Positions 8,893 through 19,640 are shown, counted from the first letter of the stretch. The stretch: DNA of 57,220 nt from Elusimicrobiota bacterium (GCA_037137395.1 JBAXKK010000004.1:1-57220), one strand, 5' to 3'. Notes: generated by a model not told the origin, from the letters alone. Numbers and translations: made by a program.

Positions 8893-11382
8893 CTATTGGC
8901 GCCGCTCACGCTCGGTTTTCAGCACCTTCTCGTATTTTAATTGGAGCTCCTTCTGTTTATTGTCATAATACGCGAGAAGGTCGTCTTCCTTTTTTTTGTG
9001 CTGGCGTTCCGTTTCCGCTTTTGTGTTTTCAAATTCAATGGTGAGCTTGTCTATCTCGTCCTCTTTCTGTTTTTTAAGGGCTTCCTGGCGTTTTTTGGCC
9101 TTTTCCTCGAAGCGGGCTTCCAGTTCCGTTTCCTTGCGTCGCAGGTCATCAAAACGCTCCTCGTATTCCCGGTCCATTACGGCGCGGTGATCATTAAGCG
9201 CTTTATACATCTCCTCTTTAGCCTTGGCCATCTGGGAGAATTGTTCATGCTCTTTCCCCTGCAGTTCCTGGTAAAGTTTTACTTTCAGTTCGCTGTGCTG
9301 CTGCCGGAGGGCGTTTTGCAGTTTCTCCAGCTCGCTTTCCCGCGCGGTTAAATGTAATTCGCGCGAATGGGCGGCTTCCTCTATCTTTATCTTTTCCGCT
9401 TTAATGCGATCCTCGCAGGCCCGGCGCAGCGCCTCTGCCGCGGTTTCGGCGGCGGCGTCTTTGTCCGACAGGGCCTTCTCCAGAGCCGCTTTTTCCAGCT
9501 CTACTCTACGGGCGTCGGCCTCCCGGTTTTTAGCGAGTTCAGCTTCCTTGCGCTCAAATGCTTCCTTCAGGGACGCTCTTTCCCCGGCCAGAAGTTCGCG
9601 GCCGCGTTCAGCCAGACGGTTTTCAAATTCAGCCCTTTCGGCTTCTATGCGGTGCCTGGCGTTTTCCAGATTTTTTTCAAGTTCGGCCTGCTGGCGGCCC
9701 AGAGCTTTCTTTTTTCCCTCAAGTTCGGCGGCGCAGCGCTGCCTTTCCGCGATAAAGCGCTTTTCAAGCTCTTTCTCTCCGGCGGCATACTCATCTTTTG
9801 ATCTGTCGGCGAGCTCCAGTTCTCTGTGGGCGTATTTCAGCTTAAGTTCGTCTTCAAATTGGACAAGTTTTTCTTTAAGGACGGAGCGGTATTTTGAAAA
9901 CTCCTCTTTAAGGCCTTCGCGCTGTTCAAAGAGGGCGTGCTCCTTTTCCATTGTCCATTCTTCTTCCTTGGCGCGCCAGGCGTCGGAGAGCGCTCTCTCT
10001 CGGGCGGCCAGGCGCTCTTCCATGGTTCTTTCTTTCAGTAGACAGGCGTTTTCAAAAGATTGTTTCACAAGTGCCAGGCGTTCTTCATACGCCTTGCTAA
10101 GTTCAAGTTTGGCTTTTTCAAGCTCGGCGGCCTCTCTGACGGCCAGGTCGTTCTGTTCGCTAAGCAGGGATTTCCGCAGCGCGTCCTCTTTGGCCCTGAA
10201 ATCCGCGGCCAGACGGTCTTTTTCCTCTCTGACCAGCGCGGAACTGCTGTTTGCCAGCTCTTCCTCGCGCCGGGCCCAGTCTTTTTCCCAGCGTGAATTC
10301 ATGGTGGAGACGAGGGCGTCCAGTTTCTTCTGGTTCTCAACGGCCAGGCGGCTCCACTTCTCGCGGGTTTCCATGGTTGCCGCGTTATATGCCGCCTCGC
10401 CCGCATCGTTATGCTTTTTAACCAGCTCCAGCATCTGGTTTTCCAGCTGCAGGCGCAGATTTACGTAGTCCTGGTCGCGCTGCTGAATATTCAGGCGCAG
10501 GCGGTCGCGTATCTCGGCAATTTCTTTCTGGTGAAGCTCTTTAAGATTTGAGATCTCGCGCTCTTTCTCCGTGGAAAATTCTTTTTCCTTCGCGTCAATT
10601 TCGGCACGCAGGGCCGTGTCGTTCCTGGCGGCCAGGTCGCGGCGTTCCTCTGCCAGTTTTGCGGCGCGCTGGGCGGAAAGGTCTTCCGCCTTTTGAAGGT
10701 ACTCGTCCTCAAGCTTCTTTCTGAAATCTTCCAGCTGGTTTTCTTTGGCCTGATAGAGCTTTGAAAACTCGCGCATTTTGATCTCGTATCGCTCTTTAAG
10801 CGCCAGGTCGTCCTGCTCTACTTTAACGCGCTGGCTTGCGATGAGTTCTTTTTCCAGCAACTCAAACCGGGAGCGCATGGCTGCTTCCTGCTCCGCAAGC
10901 GCGTCGCCGCGGGCGCGCAGCAGCGCCTGAGCTTCCGCTTCTTTCAGCTCCGAGGCTTTGCGGATCTCCTCAATGGTAAAAATCTTAAGCTTGCCTATCT
11001 CGGCTTCTTTGGATGACAGTTCTTCCTTGAGGGCGCGGATCTCGTTTTCCAGCTGTACTCTGGCCTGGCGCCAGTTGGCGGTCTCCTCGTTGAGGATCTG
11101 TTCGCGAAGCTTGCCTTTTAAATCCACTTCCATGGCGGTCTGGGTTTTCCAGTTGGCCTCCCAGGTTTTTATCGTGGATTGCCATTTCTTCAGTATCTCA
11201 TCCTTCTGCTCGCCCTGCTGGGTCAGCGTGCGGGAGATATTGGTCTTGGTCTGGTTGTCTTCCTTGAGTCGGGCGTTGTCATCCGCGAGAGCGTGTATCT
11301 TCTCCACGGCCCAGCGCAAGGCGAGTTTGGCGGTTTCCACGTCGGTGATGGTGGACGGGTCAAGCTGATTATCGAAATCCAT
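8893..11382 (-). CDS. Long coiled-coil protein (829 aa)
   Basis: Same composition as its neighbour. RBS ggagg upstream. Co-oriented with a 37-bp gap. Confidence 0.8.
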   Translation of the reverse strand: MDFDNQLDPSTITDVETAKLALRWAVEKIHALADDNARLKEDNQTKTNISRTLTQQGEQKDEILKKWQSTIKTWEANWKTQTAMEVDLKGKLREQILNEETANWRQARVQLENEIRALKEELSSKEAEIGKLKIFTIEEIRKASELKEAEAQALLRARGDALAEQEAAMRSRFELLEKELIASQRVKVEQDDLALKERYEIKMREFSKLYQAKENQLEDFRKKLEDEYLQKAEDLSAQRAAKLAEERRDLAARNDTALRAEIDAKEKEFSTEKEREISNLKELHQKEIAEIRDRLRLNIQQRDQDYVNLRLQLENQMLELVKKHNDAGEAAYNAATMETREKWSRLAVENQKKLDALVSTMNSRWEKDWARREEELANSSSALVREEKDRLAADFRAKEDALRKSLLSEQNDLAVREAAELEKAKLELSKAYEERLALVKQSFENACLLKERTMEERLAARERALSDAWRAKEEEWTMEKEHALFEQREGLKEEFSKYRSVLKEKLVQFEDELKLKYAHRELELADRSKDEYAAGEKELEKRFIAERQRCAAELEGKKKALGRQQAELEKNLENARHRIEAERAEFENRLAERGRELLAGERASLKEAFERKEAELAKNREADARRVELEKAALEKALSDKDAAAETAAEALRRACEDRIKAEKIKIEEAAHSRELHLTARESELEKLQNALRQQHSELKVKLYQELQGKEHEQFSQMAKAKEEMYKALNDHRAVMDREYEERFDDLRRKETELEARFEEKAKKRQEALKKQKEDEIDKLTIEFENTKAETERQHKKKEDDLLAYYDNKQKELQLKYEKVLKTERERRQ

Positions 11383-11600
11383 TTAAGGCCTCCGGCAAAG
11401 ATATTGCGGCTGTAAGAAATGATCGCGGCTATGATAAATATACGGCTTCTGTTTGAAGAGTTACGCGGGCGCTCAGGCAAAAATCAGTGTAATCCTTCGT
11501 TTATCACCGCAACCTCTTATGAGAATTATACAAAAGGTATGTTTAAAAAATATTAAATTATTGTGAAGCCTGAGGGTGCCCTGACGCGGATATAAAAACC

Positions 11601-11642
11601 CAGGCCGCCCGGGGTACAGGTGACTGTATCCATGGCGGCCTG
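11601..11642 (-). terminator. Long hairpin downstream of rpmB, probable terminator
   Basis: caggccgcc..gtacag-gtga-ctgtat..ggcggcctg, followed on the minus strand by ggtttttat. Confidence 0.45.
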
Positions 11643-11712
11643 ATGACAGGAAAGCGCTCTTATGGTCCTTAAAGGTGCTGCGGGCGGTTAATCAGCCTAT
11701 CGGCTATGCCCG

Positions 11713-11913
11713 TCAGGCGGCTTTCAGGGGTCTGTGCGCTTTGCCGCTCTTTATGCAGTTGGTGCAGACCAAAACGGACTGGATCGAACCTTTCAGCAGC
11801 AGCTTCTGCTTCTGAAGGTTGGGTTTAAAGATCCGCTTGGTAGCCTTATGCGAGTGGCTGTAGGAATTGCCGGCAACCGGCCCTTTTCCGCAAATTGTGC
11901 ATTTATATGACAT
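11713..11913 (-). CDS. rpmB: 50S ribosomal protein L28 (Zn-ribbon CxxC..CxxC form)
   Basis: MSYKCTICGKGPVAGNSYSHSHKATKRIFKPNLQK...VCTNCIKSG. Confidence 0.95.
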   Translation of the reverse strand: MSYKCTICGKGPVAGNSYSHSHKATKRIFKPNLQKQKLLLKGSIQSVLVCTNCIKSGKAHRPLKAA

Positions 11914-12055
11914 GGTTTTTATTATAGCAAATACTTTTTCATTCGCCAAGGGACGTTCGGGTATCAGACTGCTTTTTAAAAAGCAGCTGACACCTTTTTT
12001 GTAGAATGTTGCAGGGGCCGGATATTGCGCGTTTCGCGGACATGGGAGCAGAAAA

Positions 12056-12472
12056 ATGAAATCTCATACAGCTTATATTTTGGTCAATACGCCGCACAGA
12101 TACGATATCGTCAACCTCACTTCAAAGGTTGAGGCTGAAGTTAAAAAAAGCGGTATCAAAGAGGGGCTCTGTCTTGTGAACTCCATGCATATCACTTCCA
12201 GCGTGTTCATAAACGATAATGAAAGGGGCCTGCATAAGGATTTTTTGGAATGGGTGGAAAAACTGGCGCCATATTCAAAGGAAGGCTATGACCATAATCT
12301 GACCGGCGAGGACAACGCTGACGCCCATCTGAAGCGCACCATAATGGGCCGCGAAACAGTGATTGCGGTTACGAAAGGCGGGTTGGACTTCGGACCCTGG
12401 GAGCAGATCTTCTACGGCGAGTTCGACGGCCGCAGGGATAAAAGGATACTGGTCAAAATTATAGGAGAATAG
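12056..12472 (+). CDS. yjbQ: YjbQ/UPF0047 family protein
   Basis: [38 protein letters not shown] motifs. Confidence 0.9.
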   Translation: MKSHTAYILVNTPHRYDIVNLTSKVEAEVKKSGIKEGLCLVNSMHITSSVFINDNERGLHKDFLEWVEKLAPYSKEGYDHNLTGEDNADAHLKRTIMGRETVIAVTKGGLDFGPWEQIFYGEFDGRRDKRILVKIIGE

Positions 12473-12560
12473 CGATCAGCGCGACAGTTAGACAGCCGAA
12501 CGAATCGCGAAGATTTTACTAACCTGTCCTGCTTTCTTGCTGCCGCGCTGTCGCGCTGGT

Positions 12561-13970
12561 TTAATCTTCTTTTACTGTCACCACATTGCCGAAGACGGAC
12601 AACGGCTTGTCGAACTTCTTAGAATTGCCGATCACGAATATCAGGGCGTTCTCAGGCTTAAAAAGTTTCTTCGCGGTATCGAGAACGGCCTTGGGGTCCA
12701 CCTTGTTCATGTTGTCAACATAAGTGTCCAGATAGTCGGCCGGGTAGGAGTAGTACTCGTAGAGCGCCCTTTCGCTTATCAGGTCGAACGGCGTCGCGAA
12801 GCGGAACACGAACGAGTTGATTATGGAGTCCTTCGCCCTTTTGACCTCGTCGCCGGGGGCGATTTCGGTCTTTATAAGCCCGAACTGCCGGATCATTTCC
12901 GACATCGCCTGTGAGTAGGTCTCCGGCTTGGTGCCGCACGAGGCGTTAATAAAGCCGAAGTCGGGCTTTTTGGAGAAGTAGCTGTAGACGCTGTACGCCA
13001 GACCTTTGCGCGACCGTATCTCCGCCGCCAGGCGCCCGGAAAGGCCGCCGCCCAGTATTTCGTTCGTTATAGAGAGAGGGAATTCCACGGGGTCGTGTCG
13101 CTTTACACCCTTCTGCAGCATCACGATGAAAGTCTGCGATATATCTTTTTCTATAAAATAGACCTGACGGCTTTCATTTATCGCCACCGGCGCTATCACC
13201 GGGAACTTAACCTTGTCCTTCGCCCAGCCCCCGAATTTTTCTTTCAGTTTAGACAGCATCGCTTCGTCGCTGCCGAAATCACCGGCGGCCGCTATGATTA
13301 TATTGTTGGGCCGGTAGTAGTTGGAGTGGTAAGTTTTCAGGTCGTCTTTTGTTATCGGCTCTATGGTTGACAGTTCCTGGCGCCAGCCGTAAGGGTGCTC
13401 CGCTCCGTAGAACGCCCGGACCGCTTCGCGCTGCGCTTCACGCGCGGGATCATCGTTCCTGCGCCGTATAAGCTCAAGCGTTTCGGCTTTCTTCAGGGCC
13501 GTTTTGTCATCCTCAAAAGCCGGCTCCATCAGGACCGAAGCGTAGATATCCAGTACTTTGTCCAGGTCTTTTTTTAAGGTGAACATGTCCGCTCTGGCTT
13601 CTTCCGAAGCTATGGAAGTTTCCACGCTCGCGCCAAGAAATTCCAGGGTTGTGTCTATGTCGTCGGACTTGTATTTAAGCGTGCCGCCGTCTTTCATCAG
13701 GGACACGGCTAATTCGCCCAGGCCTATCTTTTCCTTCGGGTCGTAGATCTTGCCTGTCCTTGTTATGGCGGTGACATGCACCACCGGCAGAGTGGCGTCC
13801 TTCATCAGGTACACGACCAGGCCGTTGTCCAGCTCATAGCGCGAGCCCTTCGGCGGCTTGAAGTCTATCCCGCCTATGTTGGGCAGGATAGGCGGGATCG
13901 CCCACAATGATGATATGCCTAAAGCCATGATAGCTCCTAAGAAGGTAGTTTTTGAGATTATGTTTTTCAT
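12561..13970 (-). CDS. M16 (pitrilysin) family peptidase, non-catalytic partner subunit
   Basis: Signal peptide, LDNGLVVYL, RLAAEIRSRKGLAYSV (R/Y motif). Lacks HxxEH. Confidence 0.85.
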   Translation of the reverse strand: MKNIISKTTFLGAIMALGISSLWAIPPILPNIGGIDFKPPKGSRYELDNGLVVYLMKDATLPVVHVTAITRTGKIYDPKEKIGLGELAVSLMKDGGTLKYKSDDIDTTLEFLGASVETSIASEEARADMFTLKKDLDKVLDIYASVLMEPAFEDDKTALKKAETLELIRRRNDDPAREAQREAVRAFYGAEHPYGWRQELSTIEPITKDDLKTYHSNYYRPNNIIIAAAGDFGSDEAMLSKLKEKFGGWAKDKVKFPVIAPVAINESRQVYFIEKDISQTFIVMLQKGVKRHDPVEFPLSITNEILGGGLSGRLAAEIRSRKGLAYSVYSYFSKKPDFGFINASCGTKPETYSQAMSEMIRQFGLIKTEIAPGDEVKRAKDSIINSFVFRFATPFDLISERALYEYYSYPADYLDTYVDNMNKVDPKAVLDTAKKLFKPENALIFVIGNSKKFDKPLSVFGNVVTVKED

Positions 13971-15514
13971 TTTGCGCCGCCGTTTTCCGACTGGTTTGCG
14001 TCGGGCTCGCGCAGGAACACTATGGTCTTATTATCCCTGGTGAAATACTTTGTCGCGATCCTGGAAATATCGGCGGGCTTAAGCTTGCGCAATTCGTCCG
14101 TCACTTTCCAGTCGAATTTCCAGTCGCCCAGTATCTGCTGGTTGTTCGCCAGGCTCATGCCCAGGCCTGAGTTGGATTCCAGCTGCCTCACAAGGCCGGC
14201 TTCGTAATTGTTCAAAACCTTGTCCATCTCCCACTGAGTCGGCGGCTCTTTGCCGATTTTAGCGATCTCGCCCATTATGGCGTCCTCTAATTCTTCCACG
14301 GTGTGCGGCGCTTTAGGGGCCGCAGCCACTATAAAGAGCGAGGGATAGCGGTCGCCGGGGGTGGAGTGATAGGAATTGGCGTACAGGGCCAGCTGCTTGC
14401 CCTCAACCAGGTTCCGGTAGAAGCGGGAAGTTTTGCCGTTGGACAGAATTTCGCTGAGCATGAGCAGGCCGTAGATGTCGGAGTTTTCATAGCCGGGGTT
14501 ATGAAAACCCATGCGCAGGGCGGGCTGGGCTTTGAAGAACACGTTGATGCGCTTTTCCGATTTCTGGGGCGGTTCCTTGGTGTAATTCCTTTCGGGCAGG
14601 GGGCGTTTTGCCCAGGAGGCGAAATATTTCTCGGCCATCTTTATGACTTCTTCCGGCTTCACGTCCCCGACCACCGCCAGCGTGGCGTTGTTGGGCGCGT
14701 AGAAAGTTTTAAAGAACTGGTCGGCGTCGGTGCGGGTCAGGCGCGTGAGGTCGTCCATCCAGCCGATGGTGGGGTTATGGTAGGGATGCGCCGCGAAAGC
14801 GTTGGTGAAAAGCGTCTCCCACATAAGGCGGTTCGGGTCGGATTCGCCCATGCGGCGCTCTTCCATGACTACGCTGCGCTCGCGGTAGAATTCCCGCAGC
14901 ACGGCGTTCTTAAATCTGTCCGACTCGATTATCATCCAGGCCTCGAGCCGGTTGGAGGGAAGCGATACGACATAGCCGGTATAATCCGTCGAGGTCATGG
15001 CGTTCATGCCCGATTCGCCAAGCTCGTTGTAAAGCTTCCAGTATTCGTCCTTAACGATCAGAGTGTCGGCTTCTTTTTCGGCCTCGGCCAGCTTCCCGCG
15101 CAGCGCTTCCATTTTTGCCGGGTCCGGGGTCTGCTTTGACTCTTCGGTTATCATGGCTTTAGCGGCCAGCTCCACCTTTTCCAGCAGGATCTTTTCTTTC
15201 TCATAGCCGGCCGAATTGATGGTCTTGGTGCCCTTGAAAGCCATATGTTCGAACAGATGCGCGAGGCCGGTCTTGCCGGGGGCTCCGTCCACGTTCCCGA
15301 CTTTGAAGATCATAGTGAAAGACACGGTCGGAACAAATTTTTTCTCAAGGATCAGCAGGCGCAGGCCGTTTTTCATGGTGTAGGAGACCACGGGCGGGAA
15401 CTTCGCGTCTTTTTCCACGGTCGCGCCCATCTTTTCAGCGGGGCCGGCGGAGCTTTCGGCGCCGTACAAGGGGGCGCACATCATTACCAAAGGTAATAAA
15501 ATCGCGGATTTCAT
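13967..15514 (-). CDS. M16 family zinc peptidase, catalytic subunit
   Basis: GLAHLFEHMAFKG (HxxEH), NAMTSTDYT, ERSVVMEERR. RBS ggagg before 15514. Confidence 0.9.
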   Translation of the reverse strand: MKSAILLPLVMMCAPLYGAESSAGPAEKMGATVEKDAKFPPVVSYTMKNGLRLLILEKKFVPTVSFTMIFKVGNVDGAPGKTGLAHLFEHMAFKGTKTINSAGYEKEKILLEKVELAAKAMITEESKQTPDPAKMEALRGKLAEAEKEADTLIVKDEYWKLYNELGESGMNAMTSTDYTGYVVSLPSNRLEAWMIIESDRFKNAVLREFYRERSVVMEERRMGESDPNRLMWETLFTNAFAAHPYHNPTIGWMDDLTRLTRTDADQFFKTFYAPNNATLAVVGDVKPEEVIKMAEKYFASWAKRPLPERNYTKEPPQKSEKRINVFFKAQPALRMGFHNPGYENSDIYGLLMLSEILSNGKTSRFYRNLVEGKQLALYANSYHSTPGDRYPSLFIVAAAPKAPHTVEELEDAIMGEIAKIGKEPPTQWEMDKVLNNYEAGLVRQLESNSGLGMSLANNQQILGDWKFDWKVTDELRKLKPADISRIATKYFTRDNKTIVFLREPDANQSENGGAK

Positions 15515-15606
15515 TAATTCCTCCACAAGGGGTTCCATTCGTAAGGTTATTATATATAAATCAAACCCGTTGCGCCTCTAAAACCGCAGATAAGCCGGCA
15601 CTATTC

Positions 15607-16506
15607 CTATTTTAAATTGTAAAGTTGGGTTTGAAGGCGCTTTATGGCGAGTTCCTTGGCTTTGGCTTCCACTTCGATAGTTATAGTCAGCCCGCGCCAG
15701 CATATAGGAAAATCCTTGATATCGATGTAATCGCTGTGACGGCGCTGATCAGGCCCTTTCCAGCCGGATTTCGGGCTTGAAAGGTGGAACAGCGGTTCTC
15801 TGTTCCAGGTTTTCAGGGCCAGCGCCGTGACTTCCTCCGCGCTCATACCGTCGGGCAGGCAGCGGTGGTGGTGCGCGTCGTAGACGAAAGGCAGGGAATG
15901 CTTTCGGCAGAAAGGCAGCAGGTCGGCCGGAGTATAGACGCGGTCGTCGTTTTCAAAGGCAAGGCGTTTTCGCGCGGCCGGGCTTAACAGCTTAAGCGCG
16001 GCGGCTACTCTTTCCAGGGCGGATCTTTTATCGCCGTACCCTCCGCCGCCGTGAATATTGATGACATCTGCCCCTATCCAGCCGGAAACCTCGGCCTGAT
16101 ATTCCAGCTCCTTTATTGAAGCGGTCGTTACGGCGGATTTCGGCGAGCTTAAAAGAATAAATTGGTCGGGGTGGAAGGTAAGGCGTACGTCCAGCCGTCG
16201 GGCCAGCGCTCCGCAGGCTTTGAAGGCCTTTATAATCCCGGCGCCACCGGGCAGAGTCAGGACTTCGTATCCTAATTTTGGGTGGGTTTTCAGCGGCAGT
16301 AATTGGCTGTTCACCCTGAAACTGCCTATATTGTTGGCAGCGCAGTATTCGATGGAATGTTTAAGCGCGCCGGAGTTGGCCAGGCACAGCGCCGCCAGCT
16401 TTTCCTGGCGCGCTCCTGGCCTGAGTCGTCCGGAGTAAAGCGCGGTGGTCGTAAGGAACTTTATCGGTTCGGCCGCGAACTTGCAGCAGAGGCCAAGGCG
16501 TATCAT
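15607..16506 (-). CDS. uvsE: UV DNA damage repair endonuclease
   Basis: MIRLGLCC, RLTFHPDQFILLSS, INIHGGG, LAFENDD, YDAHHH, HSDYI, EVEAKAKE. Confidence 0.92.
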   Translation of the reverse strand: MIRLGLCCKFAAEPIKFLTTTALYSGRLRPGARQEKLAALCLANSGALKHSIEYCAANNIGSFRVNSQLLPLKTHPKLGYEVLTLPGGAGIIKAFKACGALARRLDVRLTFHPDQFILLSSPKSAVTTASIKELEYQAEVSGWIGADVINIHGGGGYGDKRSALERVAAALKLLSPAARKRLAFENDDRVYTPADLLPFCRKHSLPFVYDAHHHRCLPDGMSAEEVTALALKTWNREPLFHLSSPKSGWKGPDQRRHSDYIDIKDFPICWRGLTITIEVEAKAKELAIKRLQTQLYNLK

Positions 16507-16537
16507 CGGTAAACCGCCATTACCAGGCTTGGCAAGG

Positions 16538-17776
16538 TCACTTCTGCTCGCCGAGCAGCAGTGTTGTTACGGCGAACACCTTTGCGTCGCCCATCATGTG
16601 ATCTATCACGCAATATTCGTTGGGCATGTGCGCGCTATCGTTAAGGCGGGAGTAAACTACCGCCGGCAGGCGCAGGCGTCTGAAGAATGCCGCCACCGTT
16701 CCGCCGCCTATGCCGTAGGCTTTGGGTTCCACTTTAAGGACTTCCTTTATAGCGGCTTTAAGCGCGGTTACGATGGCCGCGTTCGGGTCGGTGGGGGGAG
16801 CGGCCTGGGCCTCCTGCTGGGGCTCAAAAGATATTTTCACGCTGTGCTTTTTTTCCACCTCGTCGGCCAGGCGGCGCATCTCAGCTTTGACTTCGGCCAG
16901 AGGGTATTGCGGCATCACGCGGCAGTCCATATAAAACACGTCTTCACCGGGCAGGGTATTAACGTTGGGAACATTGGCCTCTTTTTTGGTCGGTTCAAAG
17001 GTGCTTGTCGGCGGCTCGTAAAGCGCGTCTTTGTGGGGGAATTTTTCATATAGCGAACCGAACTTCATCACCAGTTCGCTGGCGGCTTTGAACGCGTTTA
17101 TCCCGAGGGACGGCCGCGAGGCGTGGCATTGTTTGCCGTGAGTGATGACCTTCATCCACATTATGGATTTTTCGGCCACCTCTATCATGGATCCGTCCTC
17201 GGTGCCGGAGTCGGGTACGAAGAAAACATCGTCTTTGCCGAAGAGCTCCGGCTTGTTTTCGGAGATGTAGTCGGCGCCGAAGCCTGAGCCTGTTTCCTCG
17301 TCCGCGCAGAACAGCAGGGCTATGTCGTATTCGGGCCGGTAGTTCAACTCCATCATTGCCTTTACTACCATCATGCTGGAAGCTATGGCCTGCTGGTTGT
17401 CCTCCACGCCGCGGCCCACGAGCTTGCGGCCCTGCACTTCCATTTTATACGGATCCGATTTCCACAGTTTTGCTTCGCCGGGGGGGACTATGTCCATATG
17501 CGACATGAACCAGATGGTTTTGGCCGGGCTCTTTCCGTGGTATCGGGCGATCAGATTGGGGCGCACGCCGTTCTTGGCTTCTTTCTGCGGTGCGTTTATC
17601 CATTCTATGGAATCAAATTTAAGTTTTTTCAGCTCTTTCTCAAGATAGATGGCTTTATCGTATTCGCCTTCGCCGCCGCTTAAAGGGGAGATGGCCGGTA
17701 TGGCGGTCAGGTTCCTCTGCAATTCTATCGCGTAAGTTTCGTAGCCCTCAATTTTTTTCAGGATCTTTTCTTTCAT
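16538..17776 (-). CDS. M20 family metallohydrolase (ArgE/DapE-like)
   Basis: SHMDIVPPG, GRGVEDN, ADEETGS, GKQCHAS, AHMPNEY. Confidence 0.88.
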   Translation of the reverse strand: MKEKILKKIEGYETYAIELQRNLTAIPAISPLSGGEGEYDKAIYLEKELKKLKFDSIEWINAPQKEAKNGVRPNLIARYHGKSPAKTIWFMSHMDIVPPGEAKLWKSDPYKMEVQGRKLVGRGVEDNQQAIASSMMVVKAMMELNYRPEYDIALLFCADEETGSGFGADYISENKPELFGKDDVFFVPDSGTEDGSMIEVAEKSIMWMKVITHGKQCHASRPSLGINAFKAASELVMKFGSLYEKFPHKDALYEPPTSTFEPTKKEANVPNVNTLPGEDVFYMDCRVMPQYPLAEVKAEMRRLADEVEKKHSVKISFEPQQEAQAAPPTDPNAAIVTALKAAIKEVLKVEPKAYGIGGGTVAAFFRRLRLPAVVYSRLNDSAHMPNEYCVIDHMMGDAKVFAVTTLLLGEQK

Positions 17777-17884
17777 TGGTGATTTCTCCTATTATTTATC
17801 CCCGGTTACGGCAGGCGGGTAAGTGAAAAACACTGTAATAAGCCGCAACTGCGGCGGTGTAGTTTGCCAAAAAAGACTGATCCG

Positions 17885-18736
17885 TTACCTGCCGCTTTCA
17901 AGAAAGCCTGAGGCGACTTTAATGCGGGGGTCCGCGTAGTAGCGGGGAACGGAGGGCCTGTTGGGGTCAATGGCCGCCGCGGCGGTGTTTATCAGGCAGG
18001 CGTGCATACACCAGGTTCCGGTGCAGCCGGCATTAAGATCAAGCGGCATAAAATGCTCCTGCCCGCACGCCTTTACGCTCTCATAGTTTGGCGATTTAAG
18101 CCCGCCCTGCTTTGCGCCGACGCAGGTGAATTTAAAGGAGGTGGAAGCCGAAGCCAGCTTTTCGCAAACAACGCAGGTGGCGCCGTCCAGATTGTAATAA
18201 ACGGTCTTATCCAGCATGGCTCTGTTTTCCTTCAGGGCCAGCATTGCAAGCAGTTCGTGGGCCACATAAGTCCCGCTTGAATGCGCGGAAATAATTATTT
18301 TTGAAACTTTTGCGCCTGAAAGCGTCTTTATCAGCAGCCCGTTGGCCTTTTTCTTGTTGTGGTCCGAATAATCCACTTTGGCCGGGCCCTTTACGGCGAT
18401 AACCTGTTTAAACCCGCCGGCTGAGGCAAGCGCTTTAGCCCAGTTTTTGACACCCGGCTCATCGGCGCCATAGCCGCCGTACGCGATTAAAATAGTTCCC
18501 TCCCGCGGGTCAGAGGAAAGGTTTTTTTGCCACATCTCGCCGGGATAGAATTCTTCCCAGTCCGCGGCTGCCGATCGGGAAATGTCGGCGTGTTCCGGCG
18601 CGGGTATATTTAAATCATCACTGCTGTCCAGGGAAGCGCGGGAGCCGTAGAAATCAAAACTCGCGGCCAGCGAAAACGCCGCAGCGGCAAGGCCCAGGCC
18701 CAAAGCGGCCGTCATGGTTATCTTTTTATTCAGCAT
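17885..18736 (-). CDS. Secreted hypothetical protein, possible alpha/beta-hydrolase fold
   Basis: Signal peptide, nucleophile-elbow-like ISAHSSGTYVA, Cys-rich C-terminus. Confidence 0.55.
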   Translation of the reverse strand: MLNKKITMTAALGLGLAAAAFSLAASFDFYGSRASLDSSDDLNIPAPEHADISRSAAADWEEFYPGEMWQKNLSSDPREGTILIAYGGYGADEPGVKNWAKALASAGGFKQVIAVKGPAKVDYSDHNKKKANGLLIKTLSGAKVSKIIISAHSSGTYVAHELLAMLALKENRAMLDKTVYYNLDGATCVVCEKLASASTSFKFTCVGAKQGGLKSPNYESVKACGQEHFMPLDLNAGCTGTWCMHACLINTAAAAIDPNRPSVPRYYADPRIKVASGFLESGR

Positions 18737-18809
18737 GGGTTTAGTCCCCTTCCTTATTAAGAATATCTCATAAAAGCGCCGGCTGGTCAAGGGGCTGATG
18801 CCGCGAAAG

Positions 18810-19358
18810 TCAGATTTTTTCGCGCTTTATTAACGCTGACAAAAGTTCCCGCGGACTTTCATCCGTCAGGATAAGATTGCGGTGTTTCTCGTTCACAAAA
18901 CCTTCGCTTACGGCGCTCGCGACCAGTTTCAGCAGCGGATCGTAATAGCCTTTTATGTTCAGCAGGCCGCAGGGCTTGTCGTGAAACCCCAGTTGGGCCC
19001 AGCAAAGCGCCTCAAAAAGTTCGTCAAAAGTTCCTATACCGCCGGGCAGAGCGATGAAAGCGTCCGAGAGCCGGTGCATCCTGGCCTTGCGGGTGTGCAT
19101 ATCCGAGGTCACTATCAGTTCGGTAAGACCCTTATGCTCTAATTCCACGCCGGTCAGGTCCGTGGGAATAACGCCTATAACCTTGCCGCCGGCTTTAAGC
19201 GCCCCGTCGGCCGCCGCGCCCATAAGGCCGGTGCTGCCGCCCCCGTAGACCATAGTGATCTTGCTTTCAGCCAGCAGACGGCCTAGCTCGGAAGCCACAC
19301 GGACATATTCCGGCCTGCATCCGGTCCCGGAGCCGGCGAAAACGCATATATTCCTCAT
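18810..19358 (-). CDS. LOG family (TIGR00730-type) nucleotide monophosphate nucleosidase
   Basis: VYGGGSTGLMG, MHTRKARM, ALPGGIGTFDELFE (PGGxGTxxE). Confidence 0.92.
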   Translation of the reverse strand: MRNICVFAGSGTGCRPEYVRVASELGRLLAESKITMVYGGGSTGLMGAAADGALKAGGKVIGVIPTDLTGVELEHKGLTELIVTSDMHTRKARMHRLSDAFIALPGGIGTFDELFEALCWAQLGFHDKPCGLLNIKGYYDPLLKLVASAVSEGFVNEKHRNLILTDESPRELLSALIKREKI

Positions 19359-19422
19359 AAAAAAAGTATAACAAATTTAGCCACACCCCAGCGCCACCGG
19401 TCACGCGTCCGGTAGCTTTAAC

Positions 19423-19517
19423 AAAAAGGTAGCGTCTACCTTTTTTTGCCTTTAAAAAAAATCCTTATAGATAAACGATTTTTTATTGCCCCCTGAAAAG
19501 GTAGACGCTACCTTTTT
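19423..19517. repeat. REP-B inverted pair (AAAAAGGTAGCGTCTACCTTTTT ... AAAAGGTAGACGCTACCTTTTT)
   Basis: 23-bp palindrome with 3-nt loop, present in both orientations around an AT-rich spacer. Confidence 0.85.
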
Positions 19518-19611
19518 GATGGGGAGGTTTTTTTAGATGGCTGCGGTGTTTGGAATGAGTTCAGGGATGTGATTTGCGCGAAGTGTAACAAAAAGGTGTA
19601 ACAAAAAGGTA

Positions 19612-19640
19612 TTGACAAAGCATGCTGATGGCATTATACT
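19612..19640 (+). promoter_or_regulatory. Sigma70-type promoter of the surface-protein operon
   Basis: TTGACA-17 bp-TATACT, directly preceded by a 13-bp tandem repeat gtgtaacaaaaag x2. Confidence 0.75.

Noticed and set aside
6307..11480. Long antisense ORFs over the coiled-coil genes
   Set aside because: These are Ser/Phe/Leu-rich mirror translations typical of E/K-rich sense genes.
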